From: Octopus sinensis
Lineage: Eukaryota
Direction of reading: 5' to 3'
NCBI RefSeq assembly: GCF_006345805.1
Contig: NC_043000.1
Coordinates: 5,022,001-5,086,000, forward strand
DNA: 64,000 nucleotides
The translations under genes were made by a program, and so were the position numbers. Below the pieces are notes generated by a model. It saw only the letters and a list, made by a program, of their open reading frames with translations, was not told the DNA's origin and did not search any database. Of the stretch, positions 1-11,574 are shown one piece after another; the first letter of the stretch is position 1, and each line of letters begins with the position of its first letter.

Positions 1-362
1 GTCTTGTAAGTCCTTTTACCACCATATTTACTTAAAACCAATCCTAGGCCACAGAAGGTCACATGGGAATAATTTGAGAAAAATTCCAATAGGTTTGCTC
101 TGTGAGGGCAAACCAGCTGAAGAAGCCAAACATTGTTTGATAAGGCTCTTGTCAAAGGATGGTATGCAGCCTTATTTGCTATTGAAGTTGACTGCAACAT
201 TTTTTACAATCAGTGAGCTGTTTTCTGCAGAACCCAGACAAGTGAAGAAAGCCACCAAAGAGATAGCCATGACAACCGAAACCAGTTCAGGATATCGGCA
301 GTTGACAAGAAAACATAGATGGAAAATGAAAAATGTTTGTCAGAAGTGGGATCTGAACCTAT

Positions 363-588
363 GCTGGCAGAATTGTTAGCATGCCGGGCGAAATGCTTAG
401 CGGTATTTCGTCTGCCGTTACGTTCTGAGTTCAAATTCCGCTGAGGTTGACTTTGCCTTTCATCCTTTTGGGGTCGATAAATTAAGTACCACTGATGCAC
501 TGGGATCGATGTAATCGACTTAATCTGTTTTTCTGTCCTTGTTTGTCCCCTCTATGTTTAGCCCCTTGTGGGCAATAAATAAATAAGA
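363..588 (+). mobile_element. SINE family F, tail type F1
   Basis: Pol III-like head (GCTGGCAGAATTGTTAG...GAGTTCAAATTCC), central GCCTTTCATCCTTTTGGGGTCGATAAATTAAGTACCA block, tail CCCCTTGTGGGCAATAAA; many homologous copies in window. Confidence 0.85.
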
Positions 589-613
589 ATACTCATGTTC
601 TGGTTAAAGATAT

Positions 614-822
614 CTTTTCTACTCTAGGCACAAGGCCCAAATTTTTGGGAAGGGAGCCAGTCGATTATATCGACCCCAGTATGCAACTGGTACTTAATTT
701 ATTGACCCCGGAAAGATAAACAGCAAAGTCAACCTCGGCGGATTTGAACTCAGAACATAAAGACAAATGAAATACGCTAAGCATTTTGTCCAATGTGCTA
801 ACGTTTCTGTCAGTTCACTACC
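614..822 (-). mobile_element. SINE family F, tail type F2, with 16 bp TSD
   Basis: Reverse-complement of F body; TTCTGGTTAAAGATAT duplicated at 598-613 and 823-838. Confidence 0.9.
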
Positions 823-1290
823 TTCTGGTTAAAGATATTATCCTTGAGTCTGGCACCCTAGAGCACTCGACCATTTACTGAATTTTCTGGTATAAAAGTT
901 GAATTTTTCAGACGAAAATTTACAGCCAAAGAAAAAAAAAGATACGTAAGTCAATTTATACACCCAGATGACTTTGAAGGAGCAATAATTCTATGTGAAA
1001 TGTGGCAGAGTTTGGAAAGTTTGTAATGATGTTTGAATGGTTACATAATAAGTTTACAAATATCCTGTAAACTTGTATGCTAGGAAATAGAGTAAGTGTA
1101 ATGATTAAAACTCAACAGGATGAAATTACTTTAGTAAAAGCTGCCACTATAATCAAAACGTTCCACCAAAATAAAATGGAAAGAAAATATGAAAAATCAT
1201 TCCCTGAAATACCATTTTACATTTTTACCCCTCTCACTACCACCATAGATAAATTAAAAAATTAAGGATGATGATAATGATGATAGTAAT

Positions 1291-1835
1291 AATCCTTTCT
1301 ACTATAGGCACTATAGTGAAGTCGCATGGCTCAGTGGTTAGATCATCGAGTTTACGATCGTGAGGTTGTGAGTTTGAATCCTCGACCGTGCTGCGTGTTG
1401 TGTTCTTGAGCAAGACACTTTATTTCACGTTGCTCCAGTTCATTCAGCTGTAGGAATGAGTTGCGATGTCACAGGTGCCAAGCTGTATCTGCTGTTGCCT
1501 TTCCCTTGGATAACATCAGTGGTGTGGAGAGGGGAGGCCAGTATGCATGGGCGACTGCTGGTCTTCCATAAACAACCTTGCCCGGACTTGTGCCTGGGAG
1601 GGTAACTTTCTAGGTGCAATCCCATGGTCAGTCATGACTGAAGGGGGTCTCAATACTATAGGCACAAGGCCTGAAATTTTTGATGAGGGGAACAGTCGAT
1701 TGCATCAACCCCAGTACGTTACTGGTACTTATTTCATCGACCCTGAAAGGATGGCGGAATGTTAATTTGGAAGAGGCAGGCAGACGAAATGCTGCTAAGC
1801 ATCATTTCTGTTGTGTTAACAGTTCGGCTAGCTCA
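1291..1835 (-). mobile_element. SINE family F (F2) interrupted by a family B SINE
   Basis: F2 tail at 1291-1311 resumes at 1654. Confidence 0.75.
1316..1651 (+). mobile_element. tRNA-derived SINE family B (B head + B tail)
   Basis: A-box TGGCTCAGTGG, B-box GTTTGAATCC, CORE-like TTGTGTTCTTGAGCAAGACAC; TSD TACTATAGGCAC at 1300-1311 and 1654-1665; homologues at 4776 and 48163. Confidence 0.9.
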
Positions 1836-1864
1836 ATAACGATTTAATACATAATTTGAAAATC

Positions 1865-2470
1865 ACTTGAAGCAGTTACTCATGTAATAAGGGGATGCTT
1901 AAAACTGACCCCAAAGGGAGTACAAAAAAGAAGGGCATGAAAAAGTGGCTGTGCAAATACACTGGGAGTTGAGCAGGAAGTATGAGTAAGAACGTCCTAT
2001 CAAATGGTATGAGCACCAACTTTTACCAGTAGAAGAGAATGATTAGGTGAATCTCACATGGGATATGCTAATATACACATATAAGAAGCAACAACATAGC
2101 CAACGAGATATCACTTTCCTATGAAAGGTGTCCAAATAATGAACTTTCATTGACATAGCTATACCAGCAGACCAGAATATTGTGAAGAAAGAGAAAGTGA
2201 AGAAGTATCAAGACTTAGCATTGGAAGTGGAAAGCATCCATAAAGCATTAAAAGTGAAAGTGATACCTATTGTGATCGGTGCAGTTGGGACCATCTCAAA
2301 GATAGCAATATTCTGGCATGAAAAGCTGCAAATACCAAACCACATAGGAAGTACACAGTTGGCAGTAATACTTGGAACAGCATGTAGGTTGAAAAAAGTG
2401 TTGTGTCTCTAAGCTGCAGGTAGGAGCTGAGATGTGACATAGATAAATTAATAGAAGAAAGGAAAACAGA
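1865..2470 (+). pseudogene. Degenerate 3' end of an R4/Dong-type non-LTR retrotransposon (zinc knuckle plus restriction-like endonuclease)
   Basis: Across stops and frameshifts: EAVTHVIRGC...HEKVAVQIHWEL...WYEH...LTWD...KVKKYQDLALEV...VIPIVIGAVG...LGTACRLKKVL*, then a short UTR and (AAT)n. Confidence 0.8.
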
Positions 2471-2515
2471 AATAATAATAATAATAATGATGATGATGAT
2501 GATGATAATTATAAT

Positions 2516-3070
2516 AAATGCCCTGATGCAATACCAGGCAGTGGCTCTCATGGTTTCTGATCTTAACTGACTGGAAGTGTTATCATGTACATTGTTTTGT
2601 CTTGGTATAAAAGATGGGCTACAGCAAATATTCTGCTCAATAACACAGATTTGCTTGTCAGTTGTTTGACCTTAACCAGTTGAGCATGTCCATTTGTGGC
2701 TGACGATATGTGCATCTATCATCATGAGCAGAGGTAGTGGGGGAGCATCATAGCCATGAGTTGAGAGGGATTCTTTGGAGTTTGGATAATTCACCTGTGG
2801 AAACAGGGGTGCTTTGTTCAACATCCTTAAACAACACTTATTCAGGGACCATTTGTGCAGGATGGGCTACTCGACCTGAAGGAAACTCTAACTGGGCCCC
2901 ATCTGCAAGGTCATGTACTGTTTATCTTGATATGAGATCACCATGTTGCACACATATGGTTGTGATACATGTGCCTGGTGTACCATATGGGTAGTCATAA
3001 CGGGTATACTGGACTTCATTTATTTTACCCCAGTGTCACTTTGATGGCATGCACTGCTCTCTCACTCAAT
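2516..3070. mobile_element. ~550 bp non-coding element embedded in (TAA)n, copy 1
   Basis: Colinear with 33807-34368 and 49776-50310; ends AAATGCCCTGATGC and CTCTCACTCAAT. Confidence 0.85.
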
Positions 3071-3106
3071 GTTATTAATTATAATAATAATGATAATAAT
3101 AATAAC

Positions 3107-3321
3107 ATCCTTTCTACTAATGGTACAAGGCCTGAAATTTTGGGGGAGGGGCATAGTTGGTATCATTGACCCTAGCACTCAAATGGTACTTAAATTATCA
3201 ACTTAAAGGATGAAAGGCAAAGTCGACCTTGGCAGAATTTGAACTCAGAATGTAGCGATGGGCAAAATATCGCTAAGCATTTTGCCCAGCTTGCTAATGA
3301 TTCTGCCAGCTCACCACCTTA
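3107..3321 (-). mobile_element. SINE family F (F2)
   Basis: Homology to other F copies; trinucleotide tail. Confidence 0.85.
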
Positions 3322-3402
3322 ATGATGATGATGATGATGATGATGATGATAATAATGATGATAATAGTAATAATGATAATAATAACAACAACAATAATAA
3401 TA

Positions 3403-3605
3403 ATTCTTTCTACAAAAGGCACAAGGTCTGAAATTTAGAGGGAGGGGACTAATCGATTATATGAACTCAAGTGTATCACTGGTACTTATACCATTGACTC
3501 TAAAAACATGAAAAGCAAAGTTGACCTCAGCAGAATTTAAATTCAGAATGTAAAGACATATAGAATGCGGCTAAGCATTCTGTCTGGCATGCTAACAATT
3601 CTTGA
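3403..3605 (-). mobile_element. SINE family F (F2), diverged
   Basis: Homology to other F copies. Confidence 0.8.
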
Positions 3606-3607
3606 TG

Positions 3608-3661
<54 letters not shown>

Positions 3662-3689
3662 TAATAATAATGATGACAATAATAATAAC

Positions 3690-3735
<46 letters not shown>

Positions 3736-3750
3736 TAATAATAATAATAA
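3605..3750. repeat. (AAT)n microsatellite
   Basis: Direct reading. Confidence 0.97.
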
Positions 3751-4775
3751 AAGCTAATTGCCATCTTCTATAAACAAATAATTATCACTGAAAAGACACT
3801 AGAATTATTCAATATATCCATTTACAGATATTTGCACAAACCACAAATAAAACCTCCAAATTGATAAGAAGTGAAAATTATTTAACAAACTATAGAAATA
3901 ACCAAATTTAAAGATAATTAGCATCATTAAGTCACTAGCAATATTCAATAAATCTATTTAGAAAAAAAAAAAAAACCCCAAACACAGAAGTGAAAAAATA
4001 AACAATAAAAGAAAAGAAAGGAAAACTGGACAAAAACTAAGTCTTTCAATTATTGACTCAATCAATTTTTGCAAACTACAGCAAGAAATACACGAGATAC
4101 AAAATAAATACGTAAACGAATAAACAAAATCAAAACTCCAAATTCCTCGACATCTCAAAACACACATCTCACATACAATACAGCAGCAACCATTTTTTTT
4201 CTAATTGCCAGCCAATCACAATACAATAGTTTCTTCATTACTGGGTTGATCTTGCTCGGATTGCAAAGTCATACGCAATTTTCAATGGCTTTAACGACAT
4301 CCGATGATCTCCAGTTCTATAGTTGTAGATGTTAGTAGTGGTTCACTTTCAGCACTAGATACCTTAGACAATGTCACCAATATGATTCTATGTCCCAACA
4401 CTTTGCGTGTCTCATCTTGGCCATTGTATAATCCTTTAGCATTCAGAATACTCTATTAAATGCAATTCTTATTTATTTGCATTGTTTTGAGAGTAATCAT
4501 GCATTATCTCATAGCTTCAAGATTTCAATTATTTACTCTTTTACACTTTTACTTCTTTCAGTCATTTGACTGTGGCCATGTGTGAGCACCGCCTTTTAGT
4601 CGAGCAAATCGACCCCAGGACTTATTCTTTGTAAGCCTAGTATTTATTCTATGAATCTCGTTTGCTGAACTGCTAAGTTATGGGGACATAAACACACCAG
4701 CATCGGTTGTCAAGTGATGTTGGGGGGACAACCACAGACACACAAACATATACACACACATACATACATACATAG

Positions 4776-5121
4776 TAAAGTAAAGACCCCCTTCGGTCAT
4801 GAGTGACCATGGGTTTGCACCTAGAGAGTTACCCTCTGAGGCACAAGTCTGGGCAAGGTTGTTTTTATGGAAGACCAGCAGTCGCCCATGCATACCGGCC
4901 TCCCCTCTCCACGCCACCAGTGTTATCCAAGGGAAAGGCAAAGGCCGATACAGCTTGGCACCAGTGACGTCGCAACTCATTTCTACAGCTGAGTGAACTG
5001 GAGCAACGTGAAATAAAGTGTCTTGCTCAAGAACACAACACGCAGCCCGGTCCAGGATTCGAGCTCACAACCTCACGATCGTAAGCTCGACGCTCTAACC
5101 ACTGAGCCATGCGCCTTCCAC
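4776..5121 (-). mobile_element. SINE family B, young-looking copy
   Basis: CpG-rich full-length reverse copy of 1316-1651. Confidence 0.9.
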
Positions 5122-5122
5122 T

Positions 5123-5372
<250 letters not shown>

Positions 5373-5632
5373 ACGACAGGCTTCTTTCAGTTTCTGTCTA
5401 CCAAATCCACTCGCAAGGCTTTAGTCAGCCCAAGGCTACAGTAGAAGACACTTGCCCAAGGTGCCACACATGAACCCGAAATCATGTGGTCTGTAAGCAA
5501 GCTACTTACCACACAGCCACTCCTATGCCTATTTTATCACTTATTTTTAAATCAACAATGTAGGGTAAGTGTGAGAGGCTGATTCTGGTCTGTTCGAACA
5601 TAAAACAGGTAGAATATCTAGGCCAGATACAG

Positions 5633-5805
5633 TTCAGTTCTATATTTAAGAGATGAGGAATTATGTACATTATTTACATTATTTACAATTGATGGATATT
5701 TGTCCTCATCATGATGAAGGGTGGAGTGTATATCAACCGAAATGTTGTGTCAACAACAAACAAGATGAGGACAAATATCCATCAATTGTAAATAATGTAA
5801 ATTAC
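5633..5805. mobile_element. Penelope-like inverted terminal fragment with hammerhead remnant
   Basis: 39 bp perfect inverted repeat 5672-5710/5764-5802 around TGATGA-A-stem-GAAA; TSD CCAGATACAG at 5623-5632 and 5806-5815. Confidence 0.7.
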
Positions 5806-5857
5806 CCAGATACAGCTGTTTAAATGCTAAAGGGTTAGTGATTTCTCCACGAAGGTA

Positions 5858-6060
5858 TATAGAGTCTGCCAAAAAGTGTATATACAGTTCAGGAATGGAA
5901 AACTATTTTAATTCAGTGTTATTGCAATTTATTCAATGTTATCGCAACTTGATAAAATATAAGAACATCTTTATTTATAAATGTACTTATACAAGTTAGA
6001 TATTTATACAGATTTTTCCTTTTCTGAAGTATGCAAACATTTTTTTGTTGGACTCTGTAC
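5858..6060. mobile_element. Tc1/mariner-type MITE
   Basis: Degenerate ~45 bp terminal inverted repeats (TATAGAGTCTGCCAAAAAG / TTTTTTGTTGGACTCTGTA) with TA flanks. Confidence 0.55.
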
Positions 6061-6440
6061 ATCTCCCATGCTGTTTCCCAAGGCTTCTTTCTAATAGTAA
6101 TTCATATTTAGTCTAGTCCCTCTCTTCACACCAATCCAGCTTGGTTAAATCTGCTGGAGTAGAATAGCTCTTTGGGTATAGCGCCTAGGGTTATAAGGAT
6201 ACAGAAGCCTTATTACTGTAATGAGGCAAGAATCATTAACTTCTTAATACTGATCAATTCCAACATAGTGGTTATACCTTAGCCTTTTTCTCATCTGATA
6301 CTAGCCTACGTCTATTTTGTATATTGCCAGAATCTAGATACAGGCAGAAATAGATTTAAAGATTATAGAGAGTATATCATAGTCAGATTGTGACATTGTG
6401 TATAAAACAATTTTCACTTACTGTCTATTGTATTCTATTA

Positions 6441-6832
6441 CTAGTAGTATCACCCGGCGTTGCTCGGGTTTGTTTCCACCCTTTAGATTGGAATTTTTGA
6501 AAAGTAAAAATTTTGCATCATGTAGCTTGTTATTCTCTTTAAGTGAACATTTTTCTGGTTGAAATACACCAAAAAATGGCAACACAGCAGTAAAAAAATC
6601 GTAAAAAAATAGGGATTTTCATAGAAAAAAAGTATATTTTTGATGTAAATAATTTTTGGTGTTAACATGGTCTGATTTTAATTTTTTCTTCTACAGAAGG
6701 AAGAGCAAGCCTTCTTCTATCATACTCTCAATTTTGGTCAACTTGTGCCGCAGGGTCTCGGAGGAGATAGTGTTAGTTGAAGGCTACCAAACCTGCCATA
6801 CACAGACAACTTAAGCTTTATATATAGAGAGA
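6441..6832 (-). mobile_element. Non-autonomous Helitron
   Basis: Minus strand begins A|TC, ends CTAG|T, subterminal hairpin CCCGAGCAACGCCGGG (6453-6468), no TSD. Confidence 0.75.
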
Positions 6833-7265
6833 TTTATTTTACCCCAAAAGGTAAAATAGACCCTTTGTTACACTGTACTGTGCCACAACATATAGGTTAG
6901 CTAGAAATAAGCAGAAAATCTAATCATACTATAGCATCTTAAAAATTAGAAGGACACATTAGATAATGTCGGTCTTAAGACATTATAGCTGTAATAAAGA
7001 AAAAAATAATGGTTGAATGGTCATGACTGGAAAGCTTTTGATAATTGGTCTGCTTGATCAGGACTGACCTAGGGCTAAATTGCAATGTTTTTTTTTGTTC
7101 ATCTTCATGATAGACTAAACACCTAAGTTTACAAATTATTCAAAAATTCAAAAAGAAAACTAGGCAAAGATATAAAAAAATTTTATCTTCTTCGTTCACA
7201 CCAGTGTTTTTTAAAATTCATTTTTTTAAAGTAATTCTGTGTTTATAGACCAGAGTTAAAATTTT

Positions 7266-7472
7266 CTCTCTTTACTCTTTTAGTTGTTTCAGTCATTTGA
7301 CTGTGGCCATGCTGGAGCAGTGCCTTTAGTCGAGCAAATTCTTATTCTTTGTAAGCCTAGTACTTATTCTATCGGTCTCTTTTGCCGAACCGCTAAGTTA
7401 CAGGGACGTAAACACACCAGCATCGGTTGCCAAGCGATGTTGGGGGGATAAACACAGACACACAAATACATA
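7266..7472 (-). mobile_element. SINE family A, 3' half
   Basis: Homology to family A tail. Confidence 0.85.
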
Positions 7473-7676
7473 CATGGCCACAGTCAAATGACTGAAACAA
7501 GTAGACAAACAAGAATACAAAGCACCACCTGGACTACGAATTGAAACCTCAATCTTCCTAACCACCTGGCCATATTTATATATACTGACCTTTCTTTCCA
7601 GCCATCTAGCCCTCTATCTGTCTACCTATTTATCAACCTACCTACTTATGTATGCATGTATATATGCATATATGTA

Positions 7677-7890
7677 AGACGGCAAGCTGGCAGAAACGTT
7701 AGCACGCCTGGCGAAATGCTTTGTGGTATTTCGTCTGTCTTTACGTTCTGAGTTCAAATTCCACCAAGGTTGACTTTGCCTTTCATCCTTTCGGGATCAA
7801 TAAATTAAGTACCAGTCATGCACTGGGGTCGATATAATTGACTGGCCCTCTCCCTCCAAATTTCGAGCCTTGTGCCTAGAGTAGAAAAGA
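7677..7890 (+). mobile_element. SINE family F (F2) with 17 bp TSD
   Basis: ATATATGCATATATGTA at 7660-7676 and 7891-7907. Confidence 0.9.
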
Positions 7891-8625
7891 ATATATGCAT
7901 ATATGTATGACTGTATATATGCACCATATTAGATGTCATATAAGATGCTCTTTTTAAAATCATCTCAAAAGCTTCCCTGAGTCTTATATATGAATATGGG
8001 CCTTTAGCATATACTTTAAGGCACTAAAAAAGTTTAACCTGAATATGTCTTGCTGAAATTGGGGTCCATCTAATATGTCCATTCTTCTCTCATTCAATAA
8101 ATTACTGCATGCATGCATGCATCCATCCATCTGTTTACTTATCTATCTATATAAATATCAATTTGTCCTTAAATCTATCTATCATTCTAGCTAAGTAGCT
8201 GTCAGTCTCTCTTTCAGTTATGCCCAGCAGCAGATAACTCCAATTCGCAAATACTACCAGCATCACAAGACCCATCCTCATCCAACTGATAAACCAATGA
8301 AGCATTTTTTTCACCCCAGGTTGTGTTTCTGTTTTTAAAAAAATTCTCGCTTTGAACAAACAACCTGATGCTAATAGCAAAAGTTCCTCCTTGGAAGACG
8401 AGATTGCTGATAAAACTTCACACATCCTGACCGACCAAGAAGCAGTTACTGCTCTGTATAGATTTCCTATTTTCAGCAGACAACATCTGAGTGCAGACAG
8501 TCTTTGTTTTAAGATCTTCACACCCATTCCCTCTTCTTCTACTCAGCCTGCGCTTTGTCCTTCATTGATTTTAAATTGGATTAAACAGGACTGACTATAA
8601 TAATACCAGGATGATGTGAAGGGTC

Positions 8626-8916
8626 TTTCTTCTTCTTCTTTTCTTCTTCTTCTTCTTCTTCTTCTTCATCTTCCTCCTCTTCTTCTTCCTTTTCTTCTTC
8701 TACTTCTTCTTCTCCTTCTTCTCCTTCTTCTTCTTCTTCTTCTTCTTCTCCATCTTCTTCTTCTTCTTCTTCTTCTTTCTTCTTCTTCTTATTATTATTA
8801 TTCATCTGACTTGTCGTTCCTCTTCTTTTTCTCTTCCACCTTATCTCTGTCTTCCTCCTCCTTCTCCCCCTCCTCCTCCTCCTCCTCCTCCTCCTCCTCC
8901 TTCTCCTCCTCCTCCT
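8626..8916. repeat. (CTT)n/(CCT)n polypyrimidine tract
   Basis: Direct reading. Confidence 0.95.
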
Positions 8917-9150
8917 ATGTCTTTTTTATTCTTATTTTTATCATTACATTATATTTCATCTATATACCTGTATGTAGTTACGACTGTGTGTGTGTGTGTG
9001 TGTGTCTGTAAGTAGAGAAGTGTCTCTATGTACAGATGTGTGTATGTGTGCATGAGCATGCTGATGTGTGTTTGTGTACCTGGTGATGTGCATTAATGTG
9101 TGGACCTGTAGATGTCTATTTATTAGACATGTGAATGTGTGTGTGTGTGT

Positions 9151-9184
<34 letters not shown>

Positions 9185-9324
9185 CGTGTGCATGAGTGAG
9201 TATATGAAAGCATAATTTAATGGAATTTGGTGAATCAAAATATTCTATTTTGACTATAAATACACACCGTTACATATATTTCCGCACAGACATTTATAAA
9301 TACACTCAGACAGATATTCACTAT

Positions 9325-9350
9325 AAGATATATGTATATATATATGTATG

Positions 9351-9422
<72 letters not shown>

Positions 9423-9480
9423 GTATGTGTGTGTGTGTGTGTGTGTGTGCATATATAAATATATGTATATATATATATAA
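9325..9480. repeat. (TA)n/(TG)n microsatellite
   Basis: Direct reading. Confidence 0.95.
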
Positions 9481-10043
9481 GCAAAATGCCCAAGTGTATA
9501 TAGAGTATTTGAACATCTGTTTATGGATATTAAGTTAAAATCTGCTGCAGGTGTATGTATGTGTGTATGAAGATATGCACGTGTGTGTGTGTGTGAGTGC
9601 ACATGTGTGAGTTTAAATGTGTTTTCACTTACTCACTTGATGGGATATTTTTTCCAACTAGTTCAATTCAGCCTGCTTAGCCCTATGAGTTTGAAATATG
9701 GAAATACATACCAGGTGTATCTGTGAAGAGATCAATAGCTGTGATCATTCATTGATACATGTGTCTGATAGTTTGGAATAAATAGTAAATTGACTACTTA
9801 GCAGCTTACAAGACAGTTGTAGCATACTCTGTGTCTTTCTATGTCAACTTTTGAAAATTGGAGAAATCTGTGAAACCATTTAAGTCTTTAAGAATTTTTG
9901 AATAAAAGCTCTAAAAGAGGCCCAGTGCATTTGCAGCTTTTTTTTTTATATTTCTACCCATGTGGAATAAAATAACTTTGTTATATTTATACATATATAT
10001 ATATATATCTCAAGCATAAATTAAAAACAGAACACAAAGGATA

Positions 10044-10138
10044 TCGCGGTACACGTGTTTCAAGGTTTATAAACAATCTGTTATTACATCATTATATTAT
10101 TGGTATAAAAGATGGTTTAAAGCTCTCTTCAGCCACAA
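10044..10138 (-). ncRNA. Type I hammerhead ribozyme motif, probably in a Penelope-like terminus between (TA)n tracts
   Basis: Minus strand: UUGUGG CUGAAGA [long stem II] GAAAC ACGU GUA CCGCGA; stems I, II and III all pair. Confidence 0.7.
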
Positions 10139-10498
10139 ACATTGTTAGTCCAAAGATTACATCACAAAATAAAAGGTACATGTAGTATTACCCATTATAA
10201 TAGGTTTATCATATCTCCTTGAAAAAGTATATATACATATATATATATACACACATACATATATTTTGGGCTTTGTATCTAGAGTAGCAAAGAACATATG
10301 GATTAAACAATCTAGTGATACTCATGAAAAAGCTCCTTTAATGGCTCAGGCTACAAACCACACAGTAAACCAAAACAAAACAAAGGGATGTGATATATAG
10401 ACCGATGTAGTTGAAATCCAGTAAATCTAATCAGTAATGATTATTTCATTGGGAATGTATAAAATATAAAGAAAGAGAGGAGGCACAGTTGTATGGAT

Positions 10499-10907
10499 AC
10501 TCTTTACTCTCTTTTACTCTTTTACTTGTTTCAGTCATTTGACTGTGGCTATGCTGGAGCACCGCCTTCAGTCGAGCAAATCAACCCCGGGACTTATTCT
10601 TTTTGTAAGCCCAGTACTTATTCTATCGGTCTCTTTTGCCGAACCGCTAAGTGACGGGGACGTAAACACACCAGCATCGGTTGTCAAGCAATGCTAGGGG
10701 GACAAACACAGACACACAAACATATACACACACACCCATATATATATACATACATACGACAGGCTTCTTTCAGTTTCTGTCTACCAAATCCACTCATAAG
10801 GCATTGGTCAGCCTGGGGCTATAGCAGAAGACACTTGCCCAAGATGCCACGCAGTGGGACTGAACCCGGAACCATGTGGTTGGTAAGCAAGATACTTACC
10901 ACACAGC
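10499..10907 (-). mobile_element. SINE family A
   Basis: Near full-length homology. Confidence 0.92.
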
Positions 10908-10989
10908 TGTCAGTTAATGTAAAAAACTTTTCATCTTACTCTTCTTCTTTCTTTATATTATACATATATATATATATAATATATATATA

Positions 10990-11028
<39 letters not shown>

Positions 11029-11231
11029 TCAAAGTGTACAGTATTATATATCCATTTTGGTCAATCATACCAATCAGTTTTGCACTAGGGGTTCTACGAA
11101 GTGTTAAGTAACAGTCTGATTATGTAACCCTGCGCTCATCAGAGGTAGGTGTTATGGAATGATATATGGCAACTGCTCTCTATTGTTGGAGGTGAATAGA
11201 CACATACGATTTGTTGTTGCTATATTTTTAT

Positions 11232-11522
11232 ATCATCATCATCATCGTCATCGTCGTTTAACGACCGGTCTCCATGCTAGCATGGGTTGGGGTTCTGGGA
11301 AGCCAGAAGGCTGCACCAGGCTCCAGTCTAATCTGGCAATGTTTCTACAGCTGGATGCCCTTCCTAACGCCAACCACTCCGTGAGTGTAGTGGGTGCTTT
11401 TTACGTGCCACCTGCACAGGTGCCAGGCGGGGCTGGCAACGGCCACGGTCAGATTGGTGTATTTTATGTGCCACCGGCACGGAAGCCAGTCGAGGCGGTG
11501 CTGGCATCGGCCACGAGTCGGA
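11232..11522 (-). mobile_element. Family G retroposon with (GAT)n tail and ~60 bp subrepeats
   Basis: GGCGTTAGGAAGGGCATCCAGCTGTAGAAAC block and GTTAAACGA(TGA)n end on minus strand. Confidence 0.85.
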
Positions 11523-11574
11523 TATATATGTATATATCTATATCTATATCTATCTATCTATATATATATATATA

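Noticed and set aside
4200-4430. Unique stretch with ~45-codon open frames and a CCAAT box
   Set aside because: No recognisable protein and no consistent splice-site pair
8581-9011. Poly-Glu/Leu/Ser ORFs
   Set aside because: (CTT)n/(CCT)n repeat with no coding context
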